A DNA stretch of 64,000 nt from Sphyrna mokarran (lineage: Eukaryota). The stretch spans positions 44,516,001-44,580,000 of the forward strand of contig JAGIQG010000005.1 in the NCBI GenBank assembly GCA_024679065.1, read 5' to 3'. The notes under the pieces were generated by a model. It saw only the letters and a program-made list of their open reading frames with translations. It had not been told where the DNA came from and did no database searches. Position numbers and translations under genes: made by a program. Below are positions 36,015 to 48,649 of the stretch, piece after piece (the stretch's first letter is position 1; the number at the start of each line of letters is the position of its first letter).

Positions 36015-36750
36015 CTTTTTATTCATTCATGGCATATGGGCGACACTGGCTGGCCAGCATTTATTGAGTAAGAATCTGGCAATACCAATTTTAAATCCAA
36101 CCGATTTATTTGATAGTTAATCTGTGAGCTTTTGACTTTTTCGTCTTCGTCAGGCAAATGCAGTGTTCTGGTCTGCAATAGCACACACATCAGCACAGAC
36201 AGTCACAGATTGCTGATTAGAATGCAAATCCTTACACCTAACCTGCTATTCAAGTGTTAAAGTGGCTAACAGTGTGTGTGAAGGGAATCCTGAGCATTGG
36301 TTAGAGAAATGTGTATTTTCTCCAGACAGCACAGTGAGGTTTTTTGCTAACCCAAGCAAGTCATGGGGGTTATAGATAGTGTGACGTGAAGCCAAGATCC
36401 CTGTTAAGACCGTCCTCATGTGTGCGGATTTATTGCCCATTCTTAGTCATCCTTGACTTTGTGGCAATTGATACAACAGAGGGCAGTTGAGAGTCAGCTG
36501 TGGCTCTGGCGTCACAGATAGGCTGACCAGGTAAGATCGGCAGATTTCCTCCCCGAAAGAACATTAGTGAACTAGATGAATTTTTGCCAACAGTCAACAA
36601 TTGTTTAATGGTCCATCAGTAGATTCTTGATTCCAGATACTTCTATCGAATTCAAATTGCTATGATAGGATTTGAACCTGGGTCCCCAGAACATTAGCTG
36701 AGTTTCTGGATTAATAGTCTAGAGAAAATACCACTAGGCCATCGCTTCCC
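36015..36750 (-). mobile_element. tRNA-headed SINE-like repeat, family A, split by a Penelope insertion
   Basis: CCAGCATTTATTG [insert] ATTTATTGCCCAT; head GGATTTGAACCTGGGTCCCC...TACCACTAGGCCATCGC. Confidence 0.8.
36067..36427 (-). mobile_element. Penelope-like retroelement 3' end (GIY-YIG C-terminus plus terminal repeat)
   Basis: Minus frame RTHEDGLNRDLGFTSHYL*, typical of the Penelope endonuclease C-terminus. Hammerhead-like CTGACGAAGACGAAAAAGTCAAAAGCTC at 36126-36153. 8-bp TSD ATTTATTG at 36059-36066 and 36428-36435. Confidence 0.8.
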
Positions 36751-37614
36751 CATGAAGATCATGTCACAGCATAAAATGTTGCACCATATTTATCCAATAG
36801 GCATCAGTGCTGATTTCAGTCACCTGAATTGACATTTTATGCTAGTGAAATAACTGCCATGTTTTTTTGGGCAACAGGGACCTAATTAAATTCCCCTTCT
36901 GCCTGTCCCACACATGGTACTTCACCTCATAGCCACAAACATTTGTGTCTATCCCCTTCATTCCTGTGGACCATGCATATCTCTTGACTCACTTCTGCAA
37001 CCTCAGCAGACTGGTGTTTGTCAGGATTGAAAGTTTGGCATCAGATTATTAACACCTGCTACAACCCAGCTCCACTGAGCAGTTTTTAAAATTTTTAAAC
37101 ATTGATGTTGCAAGGAGCAAATATTAAGTTTATTTTTAGAATTTCTGCTTTTGAATATCAACAGCTATTTACGTATATTCTTACATTCATTTTTACAGCA
37201 GCTACATTACACATCATCTGTTGCAAAGTGCTTTGGCAAGTTCTGAAGTCGTGATACCTGCTATATAAATATAGGGCTTCTTTTAAAATAGCAAAATATA
37301 AATTATTACATTATTTAAAATTTTGATCATTTTGGGATTTGTTATTTAAAGGTAATTGTACAGGCAAATGGCAACAATTTTCATTGGTCAAGGTGTAATG
37401 AGAGACAATATCCATTTAGAATAATACTGACCAATAGTTACAAAAAAACTTCAGGAATCAGCATTCCCCTTTCTCCTCTTCTTGTTTCAGGTGATGCAAT
37501 CCTCTGTCAGTCCTGATTCAACACTCAAATATAATTCCTGACCCACATTATAATTTAATTTCCCATAAGCCTGTGTTAAACATAGAATGCTGACTATTGG
37601 TATATTTTTTTAAA

Positions 37615-37955
37615 AGTGTTTTATTTGTTTATGGGATGTGGGTGATGCTGACTGTGCCAGCACTTATTGCCACTCCCGAGAGCAATCACACAGCTATGGG
37701 TCTGGAGTCACATGTAGGCTGGACCAGGAAAGGGTAACAGATTTCCTTCCCTAAGGGACATTACTGAACCAGATGGGTTTTCACAACAATCAACAATGGT
37801 TTCATGGTCATCATTAGACTTTTAATTGCAGATTTATATTGAACTCAAATTTCACCATCTGACATGGTGACATTTGAACCCATATCCCCAGAACATTACC
37901 CTAGGTCTTTGGACGATTAGTCCAGCAACAAAACCTCTATGCCATTGCCTCCTCT
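37615..37955 (-). mobile_element. tRNA-headed SINE-like repeat, family A
   Basis: Full-length match to the other family A copies. Confidence 0.8.
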
Positions 37956-38120
37956 AATGTCATGGGAAAATTAAAAATACTCTATCCATCCTTTCTGATA
38001 TATTTTATGTTTTTATTGATAAAATTGCGAATGACCCCTTTGCTGCAATGAACACTGCGATAAAGTCCTTAAAGTAAAATCTCTATTATCTTTGATTGCA
38101 ATTTCATGAGTGGTACATAC

Positions 38121-38341
38121 CGTGACTGAGTCCAGTTTTTGTTTGACTTTTTGTACTTTCATTGATAATCTGGATGCATGATTAATTGAGGAAAATGAGG
38201 AATCATACATGGTGTTATTATCAAAAACACTATTGTCAAAAGTGCTGCTGAAAATCTTGGGTCCTTTTGGTGTAGATGTAGTTCCAGACTGCAAATTTGA
38301 TTTATGTATTTCTTTCATAGTCTCAGCTTCCATTTCAGCAA
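38121..38341 (-). CDS. AHI1: AHI1 coding exon, post-WD40 linker
   Basis: TTTTTTTTCTCCCTTCTAG acceptor and ACG|GTATGT donor; 221 nt, phase 1 to 0. Encodes VAEMEAETMKEIH...SMKVQKVKQKLDSVT, compared with recalled human VAQQEAEMFK...KMQLVKQRLETVT. Confidence 0.92.
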
Positions 38342-41300
38342 CTAGAAGGGAGAAAAAAAAACTGGTCATTACATAAACCACCATTCTATGTTGTTTTAAA
38401 CATTACAATATAAAATTTAACATGACTGCTTTGTGTGGTTATATTTGTACAAAAAAACAGATTTATATCTAATTTACTGTAATGAAATCGGATAAGCTGC
38501 AATAGGAATGGAAATACCCTTTACCACAACAAAGACAAAAACAAGGGCCGTAAGTTCCTCGGAGTGGCAGTCAGTATCAGATTGCTACTCTGCCCAAACA
38601 CTTGTGCAAAATTTCTTCTGTGTCTGTTTCACCCAACCTTCCGACTTAGGTTAAGCAAGAAGATCCATCTCCGAAACCTAGCATCGCATTGCAGGGATTG
38701 GAAAGGGGTGGTGCCAGAGATGTTGAATGTTAAAGTGGGGTCTGAGCAGGGAAAATCTTTAAGGGAGTACAGGAATGCAGTGGGAATAATAGTCCCTTGG
38801 GGATGTGGGGGTTGGGGAGTGGGCGGGGAATAAAGTCCTGTGGGGATATCAGTCTGTCTCTTTACAATAATTACCCAGAAGTTAGAGGAGATTTTAATTC
38901 TTCTAATTTTTCCGAGCTAACTATTTGTGCAACACATCCAGAACCATCCAAAGTTTGCAATTTAAATTACATTTTTGGATTGTTCCCACCAAAGGACAAT
39001 TGCCCAGAAGTAGTTAGCATTCCTGGGAAATTATACTTTTACTTTTAAAGTTCCAAGAGGGATTCCCCAGTGCATTTTGGGGATACACCCCAAATCCGAT
39101 GCTGGGGAGCTCCAAATCACGATCCATAGTTACCTCAAACAAATTTATAGCCACTCATTGTTAACTGCAGAAGTTGCATTTGGTGCTATTCTCACAATTT
39201 CTCTATTTTTTAGGCTGAACATAGCTAGGTATGCGAACATTAAAAAGCTTCTGAAGGATATTGCCAATAAGATAATTTAATACACACTGATTGTGAATTT
39301 GAGTCCTATGGCTGCCTTTCTCGCAAACTGAATTGTTTTGGTGAGTAAATTTACTCAGCAGTGAGCATGTTATTGGATGTGCTGCAAGCACATCCATTGG
39401 ACATCATAGTAGCAGATCCACGTTGCTCTTACTTTATGGAACAAACAGCCAACAATAGATAAATGGATTTCACTAAATTATTGCTTCTGTTGATCGCTTG
39501 CAAAATGACATTGTGCAATGAAGAGGACATTTCAGGACAGAGAAGCCTGTGTGGTTAATAGATAATGTCCCCAAGAAGAAAAAGCTGCAAATAATAGGCA
39601 AATTAGCAACTCTTGTTGTTGAATTATAAGCTAAAAACATTAGAATATTTTTAAATAGGTCGCTGACACAACACCGGGTGTTTTATCATCAAGAAAGACG
39701 ATACTTTGTTTTCTACTGGGGTGAAATAATTATACTTCATGGTCAAATGCATCACACAAGCATGTTTTGTTGCAGTCCTGATTGAGCACAAGCATCTTCC
39801 AAACAAAATAATCCATATAACTGACACAGCATTAAGGAGAAAACATTACAATTATAAATTTTAATAATATTGTTCAAATACACAATCAATAAAAATTTTG
39901 GATTAGATGCTGGTTTGCAATGTCTGTCCTTACTTCCATTTGACCCACAATCACCCATGATTTGTAATAATCCTTTGAATTGAGTCCTCCGTGTAAAATA
40001 AAATGGAAGTGTGATGATGGGGTTGGAGGATGACAACACAGGAGTTGTTGTCTTCTTATTATATGAAACATTAATCATCCAAATGACTTCTTTCCCAACA
40101 GAGGTCTCCCTAAATTAACGTATCAGCTCTTTTTGTCAGAGAAACCAGACCATTACAATACAATAAACTATTGCAGTAAGTATTGCTTCTGTTTATGGGG
40201 TAGAAAAATTGAATGCACATAATTTTGTTTGTTCCTGATACCAACATTCTTATCAACCACCAAGGAATGGTCCAGTAGCATAAGAAGAAAACAGAAATTA
40301 ATCTGCTGGTGGGACTAGAAGGTGCATTTGTATTCAGCAATCTTCTGTCAAAGGTATGATGCTCCTTGGTTGAAAAATCCAAGCCAAGATTTGGGTGTGG
40401 GGGTGGAGAGGTGGTGGATAATACAGCAGGAAGCCTGCTGGTAATATGTCAATGTATTGAAATGAGGTTCCCTACCATCCTGAGCAGGAATCTCATTACA
40501 TCACCGGTGAGGGACAAAAAGAATCAGAAAATAAGATCTTGTCAGCGAGATTTTTATTTTGGAGTTCCACGACATTTTGCACCCAGACTGAAAATGTGGG
40601 CACAAAATCATGGCAATGATGTTAAACATCACAACACCAAAAGACATTTCCCAACTAGAAAACATCAAGTGCTGAAGCATTTTAAAACTAGCCTAACGTC
40701 ACAAACTCAAGTACAAATATGAAAACTAGTAGTAATTCAGTAGGTCAACAATTTAATTTTATATTTAAACTATAAACATAAAATCAGTTCACCTCCTCAT
40801 CCTCCTTGTCTCATTTTTTTTTACTTGTTTCAAAGAATAGTAAGATTAGGGAGTAGGTAATATATAAATCAAGGAAAATAGCTGGGGAAACTACCAACAA
40901 GGAACTTCTTTGGACTTAGAAAGGAAACCAGTCCCAAATGAGAAGTCAGGAGACCCTAACAAAGGAAAAGAGAAGGAAGTCTAGTCAAATTACTCAAAAT
41001 ACTTTTAGTGACCACTTAAGGGCCTTGGCTGGTCCAAGGGCAAGCTGCTGATGTCTCCCCTGCATCCCCTGTAAAATTTCAGGCAAGTCAGCACAGGCAG
41101 TTATCTGACAGGGAAGCCACCAACTGGATCAAACCTACTAGCGAGGGTGCATAAACTCTACCCCGAATGTGAGTGAAGGGGTTAGTATATCTAACTATTT
41201 TAAATTAATCCATAACACTTTGCTATGTCAAATAAAATAAAATCATCAAGCTCCACTATTGTGAACGTTAGATTGGAAAAACATTTTAAAATTTTCTTTT

Positions 41301-41849
41301 TGGTCCTACTGGTAGTTCTGTAAAGTTGTGCGTTTATTTGATAGAATCCGGACAGTTGTGACAAAAGAAAATAATAGAGTCTAATGTTGAACAGAATGCA
41401 CTTTGGAGGATTTGAAAATACTTCAAGTATATTAACAGAAATATAATAACTGGAGAGAGAATGGGACCCCTCAAGGATCAAAACCAACACGTGCATGGAA
41501 CAGCAGGAGATAGTCGAGGCTCTCAATGAATATTTATCCTGTGTTTACCGCAGAGAAAGACAAGACAACTTGGGAACTTGGGAAAGTTAGTGGCGATATA
41601 TTGGGGACAGTTCGTATTCCATAGAAAAGTTGATGGATGTTTTAAAATGTACGAGGATGGATAAATCTCCTGGCCCTGACCAGATGTATCCAAAGACATT
41701 GTGCAAGGTTAGAGAAGAAATTGCAGGAGCCTTGGCTGAAATACTTGCATCATTATTAGCCATGGGTGAGGTACCGGAAGACTGGAGGGTAGCAAATGTT
41801 GTGCCTTATTTAAGAGGGGCTGCAAAAATTATAGAGCAGTAAGCCTAAC

Positions 41850-44225
41850 AATCTTTACAACAATCTGAGTCCCCATCTGCTTCAAAAAGACAACATCATC
41901 CCAGTACTCAAGAAAAACCAAGCAGCATGCGTTAATGACTATCGCCTGTCTCTGATATCCATCATTATGAAGTGCTTCAAAAGGTTAGTCATGGCATGAA
42001 TCAATTCCAGCACTACTTTGTTCCACTACAATTTGCCTACTGCCATAACAGGTCCATAGCAGACACCATTTCCCTGGCCCTGCACTCAATCGTGGAACAT
42101 CTAGATAATAAGGACACCTATGTCAGACTCCTATTTATTGACTGCAGCTCAACATCATTATTTCCATGAAACTATGATCAAACTCTATGGCCTGGGCTTC
42201 GACACCTTCCTTTGCAACTGGATCTTGAACTTCCTAACTCACAGATCACAATCTGTAAGGGATAAACAACAACATTCCTTCTCCACAATCATCCTCAATA
42301 CCGGCGCCCCACAAGGCTTGTTTTCAGCTCCCTTCTATATTTCTTATACACCTACAACTGTGCGGCCTAATTCTTCTCCAATTCAATTTTCAAGTTTGCT
42401 GATGACACCACTGTGGCGGGTCGGATCTCAAATAATGATGAGGCAGAGTACAGGAATGAGATAGGAAACTAGTGCAGCAACAATAATCTCTCCCTCAATG
42501 CCAACAAAATGAAGGAGATTGTCATCAAATTCAGGAAGCGTAAAAGAGAACATGCCCCTATTTACATCAATGGGGACGAAGTAGAAAGAGTTGAGAGCTT
42601 CAAGTTTTTAGGTGTTCAGATCACTAACAGCCTGTCCTGGCCACCCCATGCCAACACCATATTAGGAAAGCCCACCAATGCCTCTATTTTTAAAGACTAA
42701 GGAAATTTGACACGTCAGCTATGATTTTCATCAACCTTTACAGATGCACCATAGAAAGTGTTCTTTCTGGTTGTATCACAACTTGGTATGGCTCCTTCTC
42801 TGCCCAAGACTGCAAGGAACTACAGAAGGTCATGAATGTAGCCCAATGCATTATGCAATCTAGCCTCCCATTGACTCTATTTACACTTTCCACTGCCTCA
42901 TCAAAGCAGCCAGCATAATTAAGGACCACACACACGTTCTCTCTTCCACCTTCTTCCTTTGGGAAAAAGATATAAAAGGTCATATACCAACTGACTCAAG
43001 AACAACTTCTTTCCTGCTGCCGTCAGACTTTTGAATGGACTTATCTTGCTTTAAGTTGATCTACATTCTGCATTCACGTTTCCTTCTCTATTAAGATAGA
43101 AGACAGAGGGTGGTGGTTGATGGAAATTCATCGTGGAGTTCGGTTACAAGTGGTGTACCTCAGTTATCTGTTTTGGGGCCCCTGCTATTTGTAATTTTTA
43201 TAAATGATCTGGATGAGGGTATTGAAGGATGGACTAGTAAATTTGCGGATGACACCAAAGTCGGAGGAGTGGTAGATAGTGAAGAGGGGTGTTATAGTTT
43301 GCAGAGAGACTTGGACAAGTTGCAGAGCTCGACCGAGAGGTGGCAAATGGAGTTTAATGCGGAAAAGTGTGAGGTAATTCACTTTGGCAGGAATAACGAA
43401 TGTGTAGAGTACAGGGCTAATGGTAGGATTCTTAATAGTGTCGATGAACAGAGGGATCTTGGTGTATATGTGCATAGATCCCTGAAAGTTGGCAATCAAG
43501 TCGATAAGATTGTTAAGAAGGCATATGGAGTCTTAGCTTTTATTGGTAGGGGGATTGAATTTTGGAGCCGCAACATCATGTTGCAACTGTACAAAACTCT
43601 AGTGCGGCCGCACTTGGAGTATTGTGTGCAGTTCTGGTCCCCACATTATAAGAAAGATGTGGAGGCATTGGAGAGGGTACAGAGGAGGTTTACCAGGATG
43701 TTGCCTGGTATGGAGGGCAGGTCTTATGAAGAGAGGCTAAGGGATTTGAGGTTGTTTTCGTTAGAAAGAAGGCGGCTAAGAGGAGACCTTATTGAAACAT
43801 ATAAGATGATTAGAGGTTTAGATAGGGTGGACAGTGATAGCCTTTTTCCTAGGATGGAGAAAGCTAGCACGAGGGGACATAGCTTTAAATTAAGGGGTGG
43901 TAGTTATAGGATGGATGTCAGAGGTAGGTTCTTTACCCAGAGGGTGGTAAGGGTACGGAATGCCCTGCCTGCTGCAGTTGTAGATGCACCAAGTTTGGTG
44001 GCGCTTAAGAGGTTAGTAGATAAGTTTATGGATGAAAAGGGAATGGTTTAGGTTAGGGGGACATTGCTTTTTCTTAATTGGTCGGCACAACATCGAAGGC
44101 CGAAGGGCCTGTTCTGCGCTGTAATGTTCTATGTTCTATTAACAGTACGTTTTGTCTGTACAGCGCACAAGAAACAATACTTTTCACTGTATTATTTTCA
44201 CATGACAGTAATAAATCAAATCAAA
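41850..44225 (+). mobile_element. Rex1/Babar-clade LINE, decayed, inserted in CR1 and itself interrupted
   Basis: [71 protein letters not shown] and YRCTIESVLSGCITTWYG motifs; AATAAATCAAATCAAAT tail at about 44210-44226. Confidence 0.85.
43094..44140 (+). mobile_element. Young CR1 LINE, 5'-truncated, same subfamily as 11941-14960
   Basis: Uninterrupted 313-aa RT C-terminal ORF (43110-44051); TSD TCTATTAA at 43087-43094 and 44135-44142. Confidence 0.95.
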
Positions 44226-46251
44226 TAACGTCTGTGGTGTATATTAGAGAGGATTCTGAGGGATAAGATATACGGGCATTTGAAAAAATTGGGTTTAATT
44301 AGTAGTCAGCATGACTTTGTGCATGGGAAATCATGCCTTGCAAATTTGTTCTTTGATGAACTGACCAAGAAGATTGATGAGGGCAGAGTGGTAGATGTAG
44401 TCTATATGGACTTCATTAAGGCCTTTGATAAAGTTCCACATGTTAGGCTGCTCTGGAAGGTTAGATCACATGGAATCCAGAGACAGCTAACAAATTAGAA
44501 ATATAGTTAACTTAATGGTAAGAAGTAATGGTGGAAGGAGGCTTGTCGGACTGGAAGCCTGTGACTCAGGCTTAGTGTTGGACCCAATGCTGTTTGTTAT
44601 CTATTTAATGATATGGATGAGAATGTATAAAGCATGATTGGTGAGTTTGCAAATGACAGTAAAATAGGTGGAAGTGAGGAAGGTTATCAAAAATTGTCTA
44701 GCTGATCAAGACCCTGCTGCAATTTTTTGATGAAGTGACCAGGAAGGTTGATGAGGGTAGGGCGGTAAACATAGTTGATATGGACTTCAGTAATGCCTTT
44801 GATAAAGTTCCATATCTTAGATTGCTCTAGAAGGTAAGATCATCTTCCTGGTCACATCATCAAAAAATTGCAGCAGGATCTTGATCAATTGGGGGAGTGG
44901 GCCGAGAAATGGCAAATGGAGACCTATACAGATAAGTGTGAGATGTTGCATTTTGGAAAGTCAAATCAAGGTAAATGGTAGGGAATACCATGAAACCAGA
45001 GGGACTTTGGAGTTCAGGTGCATTTGTTCTCTAAAGGTTGAGTCAGAGGTAAATAAAGCAGTGAAGAAGGCTTTTGGCTTGCTTGCCTTCATCAGTCAGG
45101 GCACTGAGTATTAAGTTGGAAAGTTATGTTGCATTTGTACAGGACGTTGGTGAGGTCACATCTGGAGTATTGTGTTCAATTTTGGTTGCCTTGCTACAAA
45201 AAAGATATGGGAGAGCAGAAGAGATTTACAAAGATGTCACCAGGGCTCAAGGGACTGAGTTATAGGGAGAGATTGGACAAGCAAGAACTCTTTTTTTGAG
45301 CACATAAGAGACTGAGGGGTGATATTATAGAGATTTATGAGATCATGAGAAGCATGGCTAAGGTGAACGCACTCAATCTTTTTCCTAGGGTTGGGGAATG
45401 AAGAACTAGACGGCATAGGTTTAAATTAAGAGGAGAAAAACTTAATGGGAACCTGAAGAGCAACATTTTTTTTTACACAGAGGGTGATATATATGTGGAA
45501 CGAGCTGCCGGAGGAAGTGGATGAGGCAGGGATATTGACAACATTTAAAAGGCATTTGAACAGATACGTGGATTGGAAAAGTTGAGAGGGATATAGGTCA
45601 AATGCAAGCAAATGGGTTTAGCTTAGATGGGCATTTTGGTCAGCATGGACCAGTTTGGGCAGAAGGGCCTGTTTCCATGCAGTTGATTCTATGATTGATT
45701 CTATGGTTGGCAATCAGGTAGCAGACTGAAGTGGAGAAATGTAAAATAGAAAAATAAAGTTTTGAGAATCCTGATTGATAATGTATTGAAGTAATTACAA
45801 TGCTGTACTTTGGCAGTAAAGCCAATCAGACCTTGGGATGACAAATTCAGTAATGAGCCAAAGTTGTGGGATTGTTCTGACACTTTGCAAATCATTTTTG
45901 CAACCATATGCAGGTTACTGTGTCCAGAAAGGATATTTCAGTTATCAAGAGCTATAGATTTTGTGTCATTCGAACATGTTTTCACTGAAACAGAGAAGTC
46001 TGTCAGGGAATACAATTCCTATTTTTTGGATTCTAAAGGGACTAAAGAATCTTACCATGATAATTATTTGATCTTATGCAGAATAGCAAAGAAAAAACAA
46101 CGAAACTTGCCAAGGATGGTAAATTCAAAATAATCTGTAGAAACTTTTCAGTGAGAGGTATGCCTGTGTGTGATGGGATTGATTTTTTTTTGAAAAAAAC
46201 GAGGGTTTGAGGGTTACATTTTGTAAATGTTGAACTGAGTTTAAAGACCAT

Positions 46252-47270
46252 GGGTGGGATTCTCCAGAAAAGTTCAAGTGCCAAATTTGCATAAAAAGTG
46301 GAGTAAATCCCACTGGTGTTTTCAGTGAGATTTTCAAAATGAATCCCTGCACTCTGTGCATCACGCAGCGCCCTAGTGAGAATCATGCTAAAAATCTTGG
46401 GGCGGGGCCTATTCCCACTGTAGAAGCTGGCAGCATAGTGATGAGTGCGTCACTGTACATGCGCCAATCTGTCAGCACAGAGATCGATGTACGTGCAGTA
46501 GTCCCACACTGCCAGCTTCCTAAGCGCTGGCCAGCCCCACGGCCCCTTATCGCTGACCATGTAACCCCCCCACTACTCCCCAGTCGCTAGCCTCCCGGAC
46601 ATGTTCAATCACTGGCAGCCTCTCCTTCCCCTGCGGCCCTGAACCCCTTGGTAGGCCAACTCCTACCCCAAGCCCAATGTTCAGCCCTGGTCAGTCCCTC
46701 CCTCCCTCTGCCACGGATCCCAGTTCAGAGTGGCAGCATGACCCCCCACCGATGTATTTCCCACTCCCCCCTCCCACAGGCCCCATCCCCCTCTGGCTCA
46801 TCCCCTTGACACTGCCTGATGCCTAGAAGGCAGTGCCAAAGTGCCCATTGAGCACAGACACTGCTACTTAGGCAGTGTCAGGGCAGACTGTCATTGCCAA
46901 GCTAGCAATGCTCAGGGGGCACCCTCCCTATCCCTGATTCTCTGGGAAGCTTCCATAGCCTCCCTTCACTCCAGCGGGGTTAGGCTGCCAACTCCCTGCT
47001 AGTGGGGAGCTGTTGTAAACCACACTGAAGTGAAACACTCCTGGCAGGTGAGGTGTGGGAGACTAATATGCCCAGAGACTTCAGGCCTGAGCCTGTTAAT
47101 GAAATGTAAATCTTCATTATAATAATTTATGCAACTCTGCACTGATTCCTGACACAGAGCTGACAATGCCTGAAATTCGGTGACCGGAGACATGTGGAGA
47201 GCATGGCACCCAGCGGGAAGCTGCTACACAGCCACTGCTCGAGTCTCCCAGCTCACTGCAATGCCGTCTC
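46252..47270. mobile_element. GC-rich non-autonomous DNA-transposon-like element, second copy
   Basis: Starts GGGTGGGATTCTCC; collinear homology with 7148-8060. Confidence 0.55.
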
Positions 47271-47699
47271 CCATTTAGGTTTATCCTCGTTTGCAATTAA
47301 AACTTAATGTATCTATGTTATAACTAGATTTTCTTAAGTAACTTGCAGAGCAACATACAGTGAAATAAAGTAACCAGGCTTTGCAATTGAATTCCTCACT
47401 TCATAGGTAAGAACATCAAACATTTATACACACTCATGTGAATGAATACTCTGTTCTAAGGCAACTTAAAGCTTTCATGACATGTGATACTGGCACTCTT
47501 GGGAGACAGTAGAAGCAGATAATATTGATTTATTCAAATGTAAATTGGATAATTTCAAAAAATAATAATTTGAATTAGACACAACGTGAGGGGTGGCATT
47601 TGGCTTTGGGATTTTTTAAGCTTATTCGTTGCTGAAACCCTCTTTCATGTCTTTGTTACCTTGAAACTTAACTTCTCCAATTCAATCCTGATCAGCTTC

Positions 47700-48335
47700 T
47701 CATGTTTTATCAATAAAAACTTCACGGTGTACTTACTCATGTCAAGTCCTGTTCCCATATACCTCTCTGCTTGCTGACCTATATTCACGACCAGTAAAAC
47801 AACAGCTCAATTTTAAAATTCTCAACTATATTTCACAATCCTCCAACATGGCCTTGCTCCTCCCTATTTCCGTAATCTCCTTCAGCCCTCTAGGCCTCTG
47901 TGCTCCACCAATTCTGGCAATTTGCACATCTTGATTTTAATCACTCCACACTGGTGGCTGACTTTAACTTTCTAAGCTTTGGTAAGAAGTCTCATAATAC
48001 CAGATTAAAGTCCAACAGGTTTATTTGGGATCACGAGCTTTCAGAGTGCTGCTGTTTTATTCATCAGGTGAGTCATCTGATGAAGGAGCAGCATCCCAAA
48101 ATCTCATGATTCCAAACAAATCTGTTGGACTTTAATGCCCATCCTAGTCCAACAGTGGCATTTCCACATCATCCTATGACATACGGAAATCTCCATTTCT
48201 CCCTCTTCCTTAAAACTACCTTTAGTCAAGTTGCTGATCTTTTAGCTTGAAATATCAATATGAGGCTTAGTCCCAAATTGTGTCCATAACTCCCTGTAGA
48301 ATGCTTTCAGCTGCTTTATTGTGAGAGAAGTTGCT
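47700..48335 (+). mobile_element. L2-like LINE 3' remnant interrupted by a Penelope palindrome
   Basis: TTTTAAAATTCTC...CATGGCCTTGCTCCTCCCTAT...CTCTGTGCTCC resembles an L2 3' end. Confidence 0.5.
47982..48172. mobile_element. Palindromic Penelope-like relic with hammerhead-like cores (opposite orientation to 308-543)
   Basis: TTAAAGTCCAACAG and CTGTTGGACTTTAA arms; the minus strand of 48031-48071 reads TCAC-CTGATGA...GAAA-GC-TC-GTGA. Confidence 0.75.
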
Positions 48336-48649
48336 GTTACACTAAAAATATTGTCCCAATATGGTTTCTGCAGCAATCTGGTGCAACTCGGTGGTTTGCT
48401 AGGCCATTTCAGAGGGCAGCTAAGGGACAACCACATTGGTCTTGGTCCAGACTCACACGTATGCTAGAGCAGATAAGAATGATAGATTAATTCCCTGAAG
48501 GACTTAGTGATCTTGATGAGCTTATAGGAGAATTCAGTAGTTTCATGGTCAACTACAATTTTGTATCAGATTTTAAGTCCACCATTTGCCTTGGTGAAAT
48601 TTGAACTTGTGTTGCTCGATTACTGGTCAAGTAACATCACCCCTGCATT

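Larger units (their letters stand above)
41445..45705 (+). mobile_element. Old CR1 LINE hosting nested insertions (segments about 41445-41848 and 44226-45705)
   Basis: DKSPGPDQMYP...EDWRVANVVP, broken at CAGTAAGCCTAAC and resuming at TAACGTCTGTGG; degenerate RT and CR1 tail. Confidence 0.85.

Noticed and set aside
38013-38384. ORF-track starts and ends around AHI1 exons (also 56958-57176 and 5285-5473)
   Set aside because: The extensions are intronic read-through; the true limits are set by the splice sites.
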